From Eledone cirrhosa (Eukaryota), in contig OZ024741.1 in NCBI GenBank assembly GCA_964016885.1, positions 213,776,001-213,840,000 of the forward strand: a DNA stretch of 64,000 nt, read 5' to 3'. This document shows positions 1 to 13,432 of the stretch, piece by piece. Positions within the stretch are counted from its first letter, which is position 1, and each line of letters begins with the position of its first letter. Position numbers and translations under genes: made by a program. Below the pieces are notes generated by a model that searched no databases, was not told the origin of the DNA, and saw only the letters and a list, made by a program, of their open reading frames with translations.

Positions 1-1112
1 CACACCACACCACCGCCACACCACACAACCACCACACCACACCACACACCAGACCACACCACCACCTCACCACCACCACACCACCACCACACCACACCAC
101 ACACCAGACCACACCACCACCACACTACACCATCACCACACCACACCACACACCACACCACCACCACACCACACCATCACCACACCACACATCAGCACCA
201 CACCACCACCACACCAATACCACCACACCACACCACACTACACCACACACCACACCACACCACACCACCACGACACCACACAACCAGCACCACCACACCA
301 CACCACCACATCACACCATCACCAAACCACACACCACCACCACACCACCACCACACCACACCACACCACCACCACACCACACACCACACCAACACCACAC
401 CACGCTACCACCACACCACACCACAAACACCCCACCGCACCACACTACACCATCACACCACGCCACACACCACCACCATACCACACCACACCACCACCAC
501 ACCACACTATACCACACCACACACCACAACACACACCACACCGCACCACACTACACCACACACCACACCACACAACATACCACACCACACTACACCACAC
601 CGCACTACACCACACACCACACCACACTACACCACACCACACTACACCACACCACACACGACACACCACACCACAAACACTACACCACACCACACTACAC
701 CACACCACACCGCACTACACCACACACCACACTACACCACACCACAGCACACACCACACACCACACCACAAACACTACACCACACCACACTACACCACAC
801 CACACCACATACCACACCACACTACACCACACCACACCACACTACACCACACCACACTACACCACACCACACTACACCACATACCACACCACCACCACAC
901 CACACTACACCACACTACACCACATACCACACCACACTACACCACATACCACACCACACTACACCACACCACACCACACTACACCACACCACACTACACC
1001 ACACCACACTACACCACATACCACACTACCACCACACCACACTACACCACACTACACCACACACCACACCACCCCACCCCACCCCACCACCACACCACAC
1101 CACACCACACAC
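1..1112. repeat. (CACCA/CACTA)n pentamer-based simple repeat
   Basis: Continuous degenerate CACCA/CACTACACCA units; overlapping V/W/C/G ORFs are artefacts. Confidence 0.95.
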
Positions 1113-1322
1113 ACTGAATCTCCCTGAGAATTGCATACAAAAGGTACACGTGTCTGTGGAATGCTAAGTCACTGAGATGTTAATTTCATGATCGGGCAGT
1201 TCTGACTGAGGTCTTTTGAGTGTGTGTGTGTGTGTGTGTGTGTGTACGCGCGTGCTAGAGTGTGTGTTTGTGTGTGAAGGTTTGAGTGTAGTTAATATTA
1301 TATATATAATATATATATAATA

Positions 1323-1534
1323 GGGTGGTGGATTGGCAGGATCGGTAGATGGGTCGGACGCCATGCTTTGCAGCAAAGAGTTACAGCAAAGAGTTACGGC
1401 CCTTGTCATTCTGAGTTCAAATCCCGCCGAGGTTAGCTTTGCCTTTCATCCTTACGGGGATGATAAAATAAAGTACCAGTAATACACTGAGGTTATAATA
1501 TTTGCTGACCTTGTGCCAAATGTAGAAACAATTA
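1323..1534 (+). mobile_element. tRNA-derived Nin-domain SINE
   Basis: A-box-like TGGCAGGATCGGTAG, B box GAGTTCAAATCC, Nin-type GCCTTTCATCCTTACGGGG..GATAAAATAAAGTACC, tail CTTGTGCCAAATGTAGAAACAATTA. Confidence 0.85.
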
Positions 1535-1555
1535 TATATATAAAATATATATATA

Positions 1556-1648
1556 AAATTTATAAATTTATTATAATAAATTGAAGTGAAACTTTTGGTG
1601 CGTGTGTTTCTTTTTGGCAACATGACCCTCCCAGAGTATAACAATATA
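1556..1648 (+). mobile_element. 3' end fragment of PLE family B
   Basis: Matches 14215-14300 (AAATTGAAGTGAAA..TGGTGCGTGTGTTTC..GGCAACATGACCCTCCCA.AGTATAACAATA). Confidence 0.8.
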
Positions 1649-2102
1649 TATAATAGTTAATTGAATAAATAGTAGTTTCCATCTATCAATATATTCTATT
1701 GTTTCTACTTTAGGCACAAGGCCAGCAATTACTCAGTACATTACTGGTACTTTATTTTAATATATTCTATTGGTACACAGACAGAAACACTGATAAAGAG
1801 AGACAGTGTATGTTTATGTATGTTTCTGTGTTCAAGATACAGTGTGTGTGTGTATATCAATGAAAGCTCTCTCTTTCTCTCTCTTTATCTCTCTTTCTTT
1901 CTCTTTCTCTCTTTCTCTCTACCTCTCTCTCTCTCTACCTCTCTTTCTCTTTCTCTATCTCTACCTCTCTCAGCCCGGCCATATATATTCTTTCATATAT
2001 ATATATATGTATAGAGGCAGAGGGAGAGAGGGGGTAGGGAGGTAGATGAAATGTAAATATATAGATATGAATATATATATACACTCACTCAACCCGGGAT
2101 AA

Positions 2103-2172
<70 letters not shown>

Positions 2173-2184
2173 ATATATATATAC

Positions 2185-2272
<88 letters not shown>

Positions 2273-2337
2273 GTATGCATGTATACAAATATAGATATGA
2301 ATATATATATACGTATGTATGTATATAAATATAGATA

Positions 2338-2390
<53 letters not shown>

Positions 2391-2494
2391 GTATGTATGT
2401 ATAGAAATATATAGATATGAATATATATATATATATAAAGTATATGTGTGTGTGTGTGTGCAGGAGAAAAGGGGTGTATGTCTGTAAAAGAGAG

Positions 2495-2557
<63 letters not shown>

Positions 2558-2790
2558 AGAAGAGTAGAGAAGAGACAGTTTTTCTGTGTGTGAGATGTGT
2601 GCGTTTGTGCGGGCAGGTATATTAATTACTGTAAGAGGAAATAAGTTGGTTTTGGTAAACTGCCAATATTTATTTAGAAACGTCTTCTTGTAGAGATGGT
2701 GAGGAGGAAGTGTTTGGAATCTGGAATTCCCAGAGAATCCTTCTCCAATTGGCATTCACAATCAGTAACGCTTCCATTATTTTCATCATC

Positions 2791-3190
2791 GGTGGATTGG
2801 GCGGTGGATTGGCAGTATGAGTAGAGAGTTGGACGCCATGCTTTCCAGCATAGTTACGTCCCTTTACATTCTGAGTTCAAATCCCGCCGAGGTTGACTTT
2901 GCCTTTCATCCTTACGGGGTCGATAAAATAAAGTACCAGTAATGTACTGGATAATTGCTGGCCTTGTGCCTAAAATAGAAACAATTATTTTCATCATCGG
3001 TGGATTGGCAGTATGAGTAGAGAGTCGGACGCCATGCTTTCCAGCATAGTTACGTCCCTTTACGGTCTGAGTTCAAATCCCGCCGTGGTTGATTTTGCCT
3101 TTCATCCTTACGGGGTCGATAAAATAAAGTACCAGTAATGTACTGGCTAATTGCTGGCCTTTCTGCCAAAAGTAGAAACAATTATTTTCA
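2791..3190 (+). mobile_element. Two tandem Nin-domain SINE copies
   Basis: Near-identical units ~2801-2987 and ~2999-3190; ATTATTTTCATCA at all three junctions. Confidence 0.85.
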
Positions 3191-3624
3191 TCAGCAACAA
3201 CTATCGTCTGCTCATCGTGGATTGAATATCGTGGATCACCAGTTCCGGTCCCTCTTCTGTTCTCCTTATATACACTCACTGTATTTAAGTCAAATTTTTG
3301 ATATACAAATGTATGGGTATATGTGTGTGTGCGTGTATGTATATATATATATATGTACCGTATGTATATATATGTATATATATGTATGGGTATATGTGTG
3401 TGTATGTATATATATGTATGTATATGTATGTATATGTATGTATATATATGTATATATATGTATATATGTACATGTAGATATGTGTGTATATGCATGTGTA
3501 TATGTGTATGTATGTGTGTGTAAGTATAAATATATGTGTGTATGTATGTTTGTATGTATGTATAAATATATGTGTATGTTCAAATATATATATATGTGTA
3601 TATATATATATATATGTATGTATA

Positions 3625-3655
<31 letters not shown>

Positions 3656-3842
3656 TGTGTGTGTGTGTGTCTGAACACAATAAAATAAATATAATTTGGA
3701 TATGGCTTTGATTAAAAAAATCATAAAAGATATTTTCTAAATAATTTTCGAAACATTCGCAACCAATTATAATTTCAGCCAAGGAAATTCTCTCTCTTCC
3801 TCTCCCTTTAACCGTTCTCTCTCACTCACTCTCTCTCTCTCC

Positions 3843-3874
<32 letters not shown>

Positions 3875-4159
3875 CTCCCCACTCTCTCTTAACGAGAGCG
3901 GTGAGATTTGAACTCGGAACCAACTACCTCAACTAAATTTCTAAGCCACTCGAACTATTCTGCAATTGTAATCGCAACAACCACCACATGTATTGAGATG
4001 TAGGTGATTATATACACGTCCAGACGTATATAGTGTCTCGAACTCCATCTCTTCATTCTTCTCACACTTTCATCTCTCTCTATCACGTCAGTCCCCGTCC
4101 TACTACGTCTCTTTCTCTGTGTGTGTGTGTGTGTGTACATACATAGATACATACATATA

Positions 4160-4570
4160 TGGTGGCTGCCAATTCGTTTTCGAATACGGCCACTACTTTA
4201 TATCCATGTCGGAGAACCCCTACCGATGCGCTGAATGAGTGTGACATTTTAGTCCAGCCAGCGACTTGAAAACTCTGGTACAAACACTACACTTGTGACA
4301 ATTATTGACACATAGTGCTGGGCCCTTGGTACCATGTGACGACAAGTGCAGAGAGATCTCCATATATAAAGCAATGCCTGTGCTGTGAAGCTTTTATAGT
4401 GAGCAAAGACATTGCACAAAGCCAGTCCCACTCTCTTAACCAAGATGATATTTACCAAAAAGAAGAACAAGTCAACATCATTGGATACCATCAGGGTTGC
4501 AGGTGTTATATCAGAGTTTTCCTTCTCCTAGAATTCTGCCTTGACAAAGGCTAAGGGGTCATCTCTCCCG
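4160..4570 (-). mobile_element. Short RTE-clade derivative (5' UTR motif joined to 3' end)
   Basis: Minus strand begins with RTE-type 5' UTR motif GGCAGAATTCTAGGAGAAGGAAAACTCTGA and ends with zinc-finger remnant RVFKSLAGLKCH..H* plus 3' stem-loop GTGGCCGTATTCGAAAACGAATTGGCAGCCAC. Confidence 0.55.
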
Positions 4571-4600
4571 TATACATACATACATACATACATACATACA

Positions 4601-4630
<30 letters not shown>

Positions 4631-4631
<1 letters not shown>

Positions 4632-7600
4632 GGCGACCGTTGTGGTCAGTGTCCGATAATCGGACGTGTGTAATTACGGCTTACATGAAGGCAACATACC
4701 ATATATTGGAAAAAGTTGAGCTACATTACGCGGTAAGATTACATACAATAATTCTACATAAGTGTTTGAACTGTAAGTGTGTTGTAAAACACCTATTTAT
4801 ATGAACGATACATACACTTATGATATATGAACGATACATATACTTTAACATATAAATGCAACGTTGTTATATTACATTTATAAAGAAATATAAAAGTAAC
4901 GTTTTCGATTCAGAAACAAAAATATAAGTGTTTGAACTGTGAATGTTGTGAATATGTTGTAGAACACCTATTTATATGAATGATACATAAACTTTAACAT
5001 ATAAATACAGCGTTGTTATATTATATTACATTCGTAAAGGAATATACTAAGTAACGGTTCTTTTTGTTCTCGATTCAAACGATTCAAGAACAACGTTTAA
5101 AACACAGTTGTAGAATTAAAAACTAACTGAAAAGAAATATTACCCAAGCTGTGAATAACTTTAAATTTGATTCTGACAGAACTTTGTCGTAACTTTTAAA
5201 GAAGATCATCGACTATTTAAAAAAAATAAATACAAAATATTAGTGAATAGACGAACTCATCATGGCAAAAAGTACAAGTCTCCTTCGACCAAATCGCAAT
5301 TACAACCGTTGTATACAGTGGAGCTACGAGCTTAACAAAGAATTATATGAAGCATACAAACAATCTGAACCCCAAAAGTTCGGTTTTATGCAAAGGCTAA
5401 AAACTTTATGGAACTCCAAACACCCAGAATTAGACTTTTCTCCAAAGCATCTAAATGAACAGGCAAAACGTATCATTAGATGTAAATTGATACATCTAAC
5501 GGAATCGAGTGATACTACAAATACAGCCCTTGTAGACAACCACCCCACCTCCACTGACAGACAAAGAGAATGGCCAGCTAAATCTAACAGTGAACAGCTC
5601 ACCAACAATTTTGCTGAAATCCATCCCACTTCCACTGAAGGACAGCGAGAAAGGTCAGCTGACTCTAGTAGTAATTGTCACCACATCAACAACGAGGCTG
5701 CAATTCATGACTCTACTGAACAAACATAGCACCAAAAACTTGTGGGCACCCTACAAGTGATATGGAACGATATGTTTCAAGAGATACACAGCCTTAATGT
5801 GTGTGACAGACCATACAACACTAGAGACAGTAAAGAACCCACTAAATTGGAATTGGAAGCGGTGAACGAAATAGCTGGCAATTATCTGAAGGCTATACGA
5901 TCTAAAGGTGTAGAAACGACATTTGAAACGCTCAATGTTTTGTTATATGTTTCAGCTGTCACATTGCTATCATATAACACACATCTAAAACCACGCAATC
6001 AAGATACAAACAGAAAGCCTGAACCAGCGTGGATGCGAAATTTAAAAACCAAAATTTTGTCCCTGAGACGAAGTATCTCACACATCGCAGTCGTTATGAA
6101 ATGCAACATAGAGAGAAACTTCACACGACACCAGGAAGACCTAAAGAAAAAGTTAGAGAGACGATTTGGAGATACCAAATTTAAAACTTTGAACTCCAAA
6201 TTACACCAGTTGAAACAACAACTCACAGCTACAACAGAAAGACTAAAATATAAGTCAACAGCCCATAAACGACAAGTGCTAAATAGATTGTTTGCCAGAG
6301 ATCCTAAATCAGTTTATCGCAGCTTCGGTGGCAAAAGCTCAATCCCTGTAAACGACACCCCTTCAAAAGAACAGGTTGAGAACTACTGGAGATCTGTATG
6401 GGAAACGGATGACGGATTCAACAGACAAGCTAATTGGCTAAAACAACTGGAACAGGACTACTGCCAACATGTCCAGACAAAACAATATGACATAGATGGG
6501 TCAATACTGGAAACAGCTCTACAGAAAATGTCGAATAGGAAATCGCCAGGCCCAGACCTCATTACAGGATACTGGTTGAAGAATTTCACTTTCTATCGGC
6601 AAGATCTCATACGGCTGTTTACAGAAACCATTAAGGGCACACAAGAACTGCCCAGATGATTATCAACTGCCACTACTCTCCTCATTCCCAAAAATAGCCA
6701 AACCACCCTTGCTAAAAATTACCGCCCAATTGCCTGCCAAAACATCATGTATAAATTATATACTGGGTGCCTTAACCTGTTCTTACAGGATCACTGTGCT
6801 ACCAACAACATCATAAGACCTGAGCAAGCTGGTGGAAAGAGGGAGGTGTGGGGTTGCATAGATCACCTACTAACTAACAAAATGATTCAGGAAAAAACAA
6901 CAAAGAATCGCAGAAACATGACTGTCGTGTGGCTGGACTATCAAAAAGCATTTGATAGTGAACCTCATGGGTGGATTATTAAGGCTTTACAGTTAGCTAA
7001 AGTCCCACAACCATTAGTAGCTGCTGTTGAACGCCTGACCAAGAACTGGTACACCAATTTGATCCTTAGAGGTGAGAAGGAGCAGGTTAAGACTGATAGG
7101 ATACATTACCAGAAGGGCATCTTTCAGGGTGATAGCTTGTCAGTACTACTCTTCGTTCTCTCACTGAATCCACTATCTTACCTACTCAGGAAACAAGGTG
7201 GACAAAGAAGTGGGCCCAGAAGTATCTCCCATCTTTTCTTTGTTGATGACCTGAAGTTGTATGGGCCAAATATCAATGACATCAAGAAACAATTGGACCT
7301 CATTACACAATTTTCAACCGACATCAAAATGAAATTTGGTGAGTCCAAGTGTGCATATTTGGCAGTAAAACGTGGAAGAGCTGTGCCCTCCTCTAGAAAT
7401 CTAGATATGAACGGCCTGACAATACAACCTCTGCAGTCAGGTGACAACTACAGATATCTTGGACAGGATGAGAATGTCAGATATGATGGACCCATAAATA
7501 AGGAGAGAACCAGAACTGAATACCTCAGAAGAGTAAAAAAAATATGGTCATCAGAACTGTCAGCATACAACAAATACATTGCCCACAATACCTATGCTGT

Positions 7601-8852
7601 GCCAATTCTAACGCCAACATTTGGCCTACTGAACTGGTCATTGCAAGAACTAAGTGAGATGGATGTTAGAACTCGAAAACTTCTCAGTGTTACTGGGAAC
7701 TTTAACATCAATGGTGATGTGGATAGGCTATACTTCTCACGCAAGGAAGGTGGCCGGGGTCTAAAATCAATATTAACAACATATGAGACCCGGATAGTAA
7801 CACTGAAGCAACACCTTCAACAGAGGAAAAAGGTTGGCGACCATCTTGCTCAGGTTTATGAGCATGAAAAAAGAAATATCATTAGAATAGCGACTGATCT
7901 GGAGGAGAGATATGGAATAAAGCCTGATATAAATCTCTCACCCAGAGAAATCGGAAGATCCTATTCAATGTTCAAACAAGAAAAAAAAATTGACCAATTT
8001 ACAGAGAAAGTTGTGCATGGATACTTGAGGCGTAAAACACAGACCATAGAGGGGATAAACCACTCAAAAAGCCTGGCATGGAGTTCCGACAAGTTTATGA
8101 CATCACACCTTGAGGGATATCTCTATGCAATACAGGAACAAGAACTCCCTACCAAATATCTGCTGCACAAAAGAGGAGGGCCAGCAGCTGACAATAAATG
8201 TAGGCTATGTAAAACAAAGATCGAGGATGTAAGCCACATTGTTGCCAGCTGCGAAAGAATGTCATCTCGCTACTACCTCCCCATGAGACACGATGGGATA
8301 GCTAGAACTATCTGGAACGCACTTCGGAAAACAAAATTAACAACAAACGAGGAAGAATATATTGAGACAGATGGCACTAAGGAATACTGGTGGAACCTGA
8401 AAATAAAAACTGCCACCAAATTAAAGCACAACCGGCCTGATATTGTAGTTTGGGACCACACATTGAAAACGTGTTCTGTTGTGGAGATCAGCTGCCCACT
8501 TGATGTAAACGTTGTCAGAAAAATACAGGAGAAGGAGGACATCTACGGACCATTGATGAGGAACTTACAAATCCAGTATCCAAGATACACCTTTAGCTTC
8601 ATACCCATCATTATTGGTGCTACGGGTTATATACCAAACCGCTTGGACCAAAGTATGACCGAACTTGGATTTGCGGACAAAAAGCGCAGCTCCTTAATTC
8701 ATAGTCTACAAATGGCTGCGATAGCTGGCACCTTCAAAATATGCAAAACATTCTTGCGATTCAAGGGATGACAATTTCTTTTCTTTTACAACCTTGCCAC
8801 CAGGAAGGTGGCCGGTCAAAAAAATATACTCGAAATTAAGAGAAAGAGAAAA
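4631..8852 (+). mobile_element. R4/Dong-clade non-LTR retrotransposon (RLE type), near full length, flanked by (CATA)n
   Basis: Single long reading frame with RT, CCHC and RLE; (CATA)n at 4572-4630 and 8853-8872; A-rich 3' end. Confidence 0.85.
5262..8771 (+). pseudogene. R4/Dong ORF (Myb-like N-terminus, RT, CCHC, restriction-like endonuclease) with two in-frame stops
   Basis: ORFs 5262-5729, 5742-6659 and 6747-8771 share one frame; motifs KSPGPD, DYQKAFDS, GIFQGDSLS, FVDDLKLY, CRLC..EDVSHIVASC, RHD, NRPDIVV..VEISCP; TGA at 6657 falls where Trp is expected. Confidence 0.9.
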
Positions 8853-8875
8853 CATACATACATACATACATATTG

Positions 8876-9258
8876 ATTATTGGGGCACTGGGGTATGTTA
8901 GTAACTGCCTCAATACAAATCTTGAGAAGCTAGGCTTCACAGGAACAGAAAGAACACTAGTTAGGAAATTACAAGTACAATCCATTAATGGAACAGTAAA
9001 AATATGTAAAACATTCCAAATATTTTGCATCTAATAACTGCATATTGACATGTACAGATGCAAAGCATATACACATGTACACATACAACTCAAAACATCC
9101 ACATCCACACATACAATAAGATCCATATCTACACATGCATGCATACATATCTACCTATTTGATGTTGTGTAAATTCCAATGAGAGAGTCTTGTGTCTATG
9201 TTAGAAACCGACTCTCTCTCTATTGATAAAACTTTGTGAAATTATAAAACCAGAAGAA
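8876..9258 (+). mobile_element. 5'-truncated second R4/Dong-like element
   Basis: Encodes IIGALGYVSNCLNTNLEKLGF..LQVQSINGTVKICKTF*, homologous to the upstream ORF C-terminus; followed by (CATA)3. Confidence 0.8.
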
Positions 9259-9504
9259 CATACATACATAGTTAATTGCTATTAATCCTCCCAGTACTTA
9301 TTCTCTCTAAGACGAATGTTGGAGAGGCAGACATACATAAGTTAAAGGCATTCTCTCTGTCTATCTTTCTTTCTTTCTTTCTTTCTCTCTCTCTCTCTCT
9401 CACACATACACTGATTCGATATCCATACTGATGCGTCTGTGTAAGTTAATGCGGTCTAGGATCTTCTTGACGAAGTAAGGTGGAATTCCTCAAAGAAACA
9501 ATAT

Positions 9505-9635
9505 CAGCAATTGGAAAGACTAATTGAAACATTATCTACCGGTCGCTACCCTGGCAGGAAGAGCAATGTGAAAAAAATAGCCTTGCTCAAGGACATAACG
9601 CATCACTCGGCCAGGGAATCGAACTCGCAACTTCA
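9505..9635 (-). mobile_element. Degenerate CORE-type SINE
   Basis: CTTGCTCAAGGACATAACGCA..GGAATCGAACTC is the reverse complement of CORE plus B box. Confidence 0.65.
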
Positions 9636-10175
9636 CAATATATACAACTATAAATATAAGTAAATAGTGAATTAATACTTTATTCAATTTCGAGAATATA
9701 AAAAGCTTGGTTGACCGCGATGGTATTTGAACTCAGAACTACACAAACGGTCGTATCTAAATACCTCGACGTATTTCACACGTCCAAACAACATTTCCAA
9801 CCATACCTAAGCTATTTGTAATTAATATAGCTATAGACATCTTAACGTGGTATGTACAGTAAAACTGCCAAAGCAGCTGCAACACTGCATAATTCACAAG
9901 TATTATTTTTCTAAATCCAATATGGGAATCTCCGCTGGGTTTGCTCCATAAAAGAAGCAGTGATCATTACACCACATCTGTGTGTGAAACCAATGTTATC
10001 ACCATTTACACTGACGAGGTGTCGATACGACAAATCCTGTATCGTATATGCGTTACAATCATAGTATTACCTGTCGGTTCGCATCTTACGCGCCTGTAAA
10101 TAGTGCCGTGAGTTAGCAAAGTCGTTAGATACTTCGTAGCGGCTGTTGTAAAATCCCTCGAGGGACGGGGAAAAA

Positions 10176-10355
10176 GTGGATTGGCACAATCGGTAGAGCG
10201 TTAGACATGTTTAGTGGCATAGAATCATGGCTCTTTACGTTCTGAGTTCAAATACTGCCGAGGTTAGCTTTATTTTACCGACCACGTAAGTCTATTTAAT
10301 CGACTTTCCTCTCCCCCAAAATTGTTGGCCTTGTGCCTAAATCAGAAACAATTAT
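10176..10355 (+). mobile_element. Nin-type SINE, degenerate
   Basis: GGATTGGCACAATCGGTAGAGCG, GAGTTCAAAT, tail GGCCTTGTGCCTAAATCAGAAACAATTA. Confidence 0.75.
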
Positions 10356-10518
10356 TTATCGCACTCGACTGTTATATTCTACTGGCTGGGGGATTTATAC
10401 ATTTTCTAATGAAATACCTTAGAATTCTAGGTCTCTATGTGTTTATGTTTGTATGTATTTGACAAGAGAGTACAGAAATTTCTTGAGAATATGCATGTAT
10501 ATATATATATATATATAT

Positions 10519-10714
10519 AACGAAGGAAATGTGGTAAGGAACCAGGGAGACCATAACGCACCAAAGTACTCAAAACTTAGGGTAGTAGAGTGGGTAATAG
10601 GAACGAGTAGGACCCCGACAGCTGAGCTCAAGCCGTTTCGACGGCTAATTCTGGACCCAGTCCAGAATTAGCCGTCGAAACGGTTTGAGCTCAGCCGTCG
10701 GGGTCCTACTCGTT

Positions 10715-10718
<4 letters not shown>
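10519..10718 (-). mobile_element. PLE family A fold-back remnant (hairpin plus tail) in (TA)n
   Basis: ~58-bp inverted arms matching the terminus of the 47161-48538 element, plus ~80-nt unpaired tail. Confidence 0.8.
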
Positions 10719-10764
<46 letters not shown>

Positions 10765-10767
<3 letters not shown>

Positions 10768-10873
10768 TGTGCTAAAGTAGGTATATCGTAAAGATTATAC
10801 CACTATTATATTAGAAGTGGTAGGATTCATTTAATATTTTTCATTACTGTACACCTACATTTACAGCCCCCTG
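10765..10873. mobile_element. Degenerate Tc1/mariner-type MITE
   Basis: TA-CAGTG..AAAGTAGGT and ACCTACATTT..CCCTG-TA imperfect TIRs. Confidence 0.45.
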
Positions 10874-11094
10874 TATATATATATATATATATATCTTTGT
10901 TTGTTTACTGTCTCGCTCGTTCCCCCTATTTACGTGTCCCAACGACTTTCTTTAGCCGTTGCTCGCACCAAACAGAAGTATATGGTCTTTAAAGCGATGA
11001 AATATCAATGAAGGCTGGAAGATCACTGATGAAGGACTAAATTTATTCATATGTAACCCATTTGCAACCACGCAGCACGCCATGTTTTCATATT

Positions 11095-11145
<51 letters not shown>

Positions 11146-11149
11146 CAGT

Positions 11150-11288
11150 CGATCGACTTTCGTCAAATCGGACAGAGGAAACAATGTTTCCGTTGGTCTT
11201 TCCAATTGCTAATACTATCTATCGGTCGCAACTCCAGGTAGAAGGAGCAACGTGAAATAAAGTGTCTTGTTCAAGGACATAACGCATA
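11150..11288 (-). mobile_element. CORE-type SINE 3' part
   Basis: Reverse complement nearly identical to 16595-16731. Confidence 0.8.
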
Positions 11289-11345
11289 TATATATATATA
11301 TATAATGGCTGCAAAAGTATATAAATGCATGTATGCATGGTGCTA

Positions 11346-11377
<32 letters not shown>

Positions 11378-11565
11378 GGAAAAGAGTCAGGACCCCGACG
11401 GCTGAGCTCCGGCCACTTCGACAGCTAGGATATGGCTGTCGAAACGGCCGGAGCTCAGCCGTCGGGGTCCTGACTCTTTTCCTATTACCCACTCTACTAC
11501 CCTAAGTATAGAGTACTCTGGTGCGTTATGGCCCACCTGCTATCTTACCACACCTTAGTGTTCTA
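11378..11565 (+). mobile_element. PLE family A fold-back remnant
   Basis: Palindrome GGAAAAGAGTCAGGACCCCGACGG..CCGTCGGGGTCCTGACTCTTTTCC plus tail; (TA)n on both sides. Confidence 0.8.
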
Positions 11566-11671
11566 TATATAGTGCTCTATATATATTATATATGCATGCA
11601 TGTATATATATATATATATATATTTTATGGAATACTGTTGAATTTTTGCTACAATATTTTCTATACCTTTC

Positions 11672-11742
<71 letters not shown>

Positions 11743-12227
11743 ATTTATTGATTTATTGATTTTTTATCTGAGTGTCCCGAAACTTCCAGATCGCAATTTT
11801 TCGGTTGTATGGTTGATTATAGACTTGTTCTATGTGTGACGGTATTTTAACGATAGTTATTATAGCTCTGATTTATCTAAATTATTGAGCCCTCTGCCGC
11901 TCATATCGAATTTTGTTTATCGTGAACTCGTGCGCCGATTTTTCGATACTCGATTATTCTACTATATATATATATATATAACAATGTATACATGTATTTA
12001 CATGTGTAGATATTATACGCTTATGTGTGTGTATAGTTAAATATGCCTTTAACTCTGAATAGAAACACACACTCACTTACTCACTCACTCACTCACTCAC
12101 TCACTCTCTGATATATAATCACACACAAACATGAATGGGAGTGTATGCGCACGCGCGTTTGAATTCAAGATGTTATGTATAAAGGTGCACTGATCTTGTC
12201 AATGTTGAAGATATGTTGTTGGGAACT

Positions 12228-12585
12228 GTGGTGATGATGGTGGTGGCGGTGGTGTAAGTGGTGCTGTAGGTGGCAGCGGTGGTGTAGGGCGTAGCGGTGA
12301 TGGTGGCGGTGGTGTAGGTGGTGGTGTAGGGTGTAGCGGTGATGGTGGCGGTGGTGTAAGTGGTGGTGTAGGTGGCAGCGGTGGTGTAGGGTGTAGCGGT
12401 GATGGTGGCGGTGGTGTAAGTGGTGGTGTAGGTGGCAGCGGTGATGGTGGTGGTGGTGTAGATGGTGGTGTAGGGTGTAGGTGGTGGTGTAGGGTGTAGC
12501 GGTGATGGTGGCGGTAGTGTAGGCGGTGGTGTAGGTGGCAGCAGTGATGGTGGCGGTGGTGTAGGTGGCAGCAGTGATGGTGGCG
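12228..12585. repeat. (GGT)-based minisatellite
   Basis: Recurrent GGTGTAGCGGTGATGGTGGCGGTGGTGTA units. Confidence 0.9.
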
Positions 12586-12939
12586 AGACTGACAGCTATA
12601 ATTAGAGTTTTATAGTCATTCTTATTCGGTATAATATAGAAGTCTACAGACACAGTTCGATCAATCATTTGATGTATTGGAGATAGGATGGTGAATGGAA
12701 TGTTGAGGTGAGGGGGTAGAGAGGTGGGGCACTGACGGAATTCAATAATCATGAGCATGCATACCGATATATATATATGTGTGTGTATCTGTGTGTGTGT
12801 GTATGTGTATATATGCATATGTATGTAAATATATATATATATATACACATATATATATATATATATATATGTATGTCATCATCATCATCATCTTCGTTTA
12901 ACGTCCACCTTCCACGCTAGCATAGATATGTATATATAT

Positions 12940-12989
<50 letters not shown>

Positions 12990-13005
12990 GTGCGTGTGTA
13001 TGTTG

Positions 13006-13036
<31 letters not shown>

Positions 13037-13042
13037 GTGTGA

Positions 13043-13085
<43 letters not shown>

Positions 13086-13351
13086 CATACAGGCAGATAG
13101 ACAGAGGGATTCACTTTTAGGTTGGTAGACAGTCAGTGAACTATTTATCTCTATAACTATCTACCTGAGTAGATTAATAGATGTATAGATACATTTGTAT
13201 TCTGCTAGGATGTTTCAGATTTCCATCTGTAAAGAATTTCACTGAACTCACGCTTTCTTGAAACACCGTGACCCTGTTGTAAGCATATGAGTATGGCTAT
13301 ATATGCTGGTTTATCGTAGTCACACGCCAGACATACAGATATATACACACA

Positions 13352-13431
<80 letters not shown>

Positions 13432-13432
<1 letters not shown>

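Noticed and set aside
4631-4700. HDV-like ribozyme at the 5' end of the R4 element
   Set aside because: Only two simple hairpins are visible; the nested double pseudoknot could not be assembled by eye
6657-6659. In-frame TGA as selenocysteine or readthrough (also the TAA at 31935)
   Set aside because: It sits at an expected Trp (TGG to TGA) and a TAG also interrupts the frame; the PLE stop is TAA at an expected Tyr; ordinary nonsense decay
10005-10042. TACA-CTGACGA..GACA..TGTA HHR-like motif
   Set aside because: GAAA is mutated and there is no valid stem III or cleavage triplet
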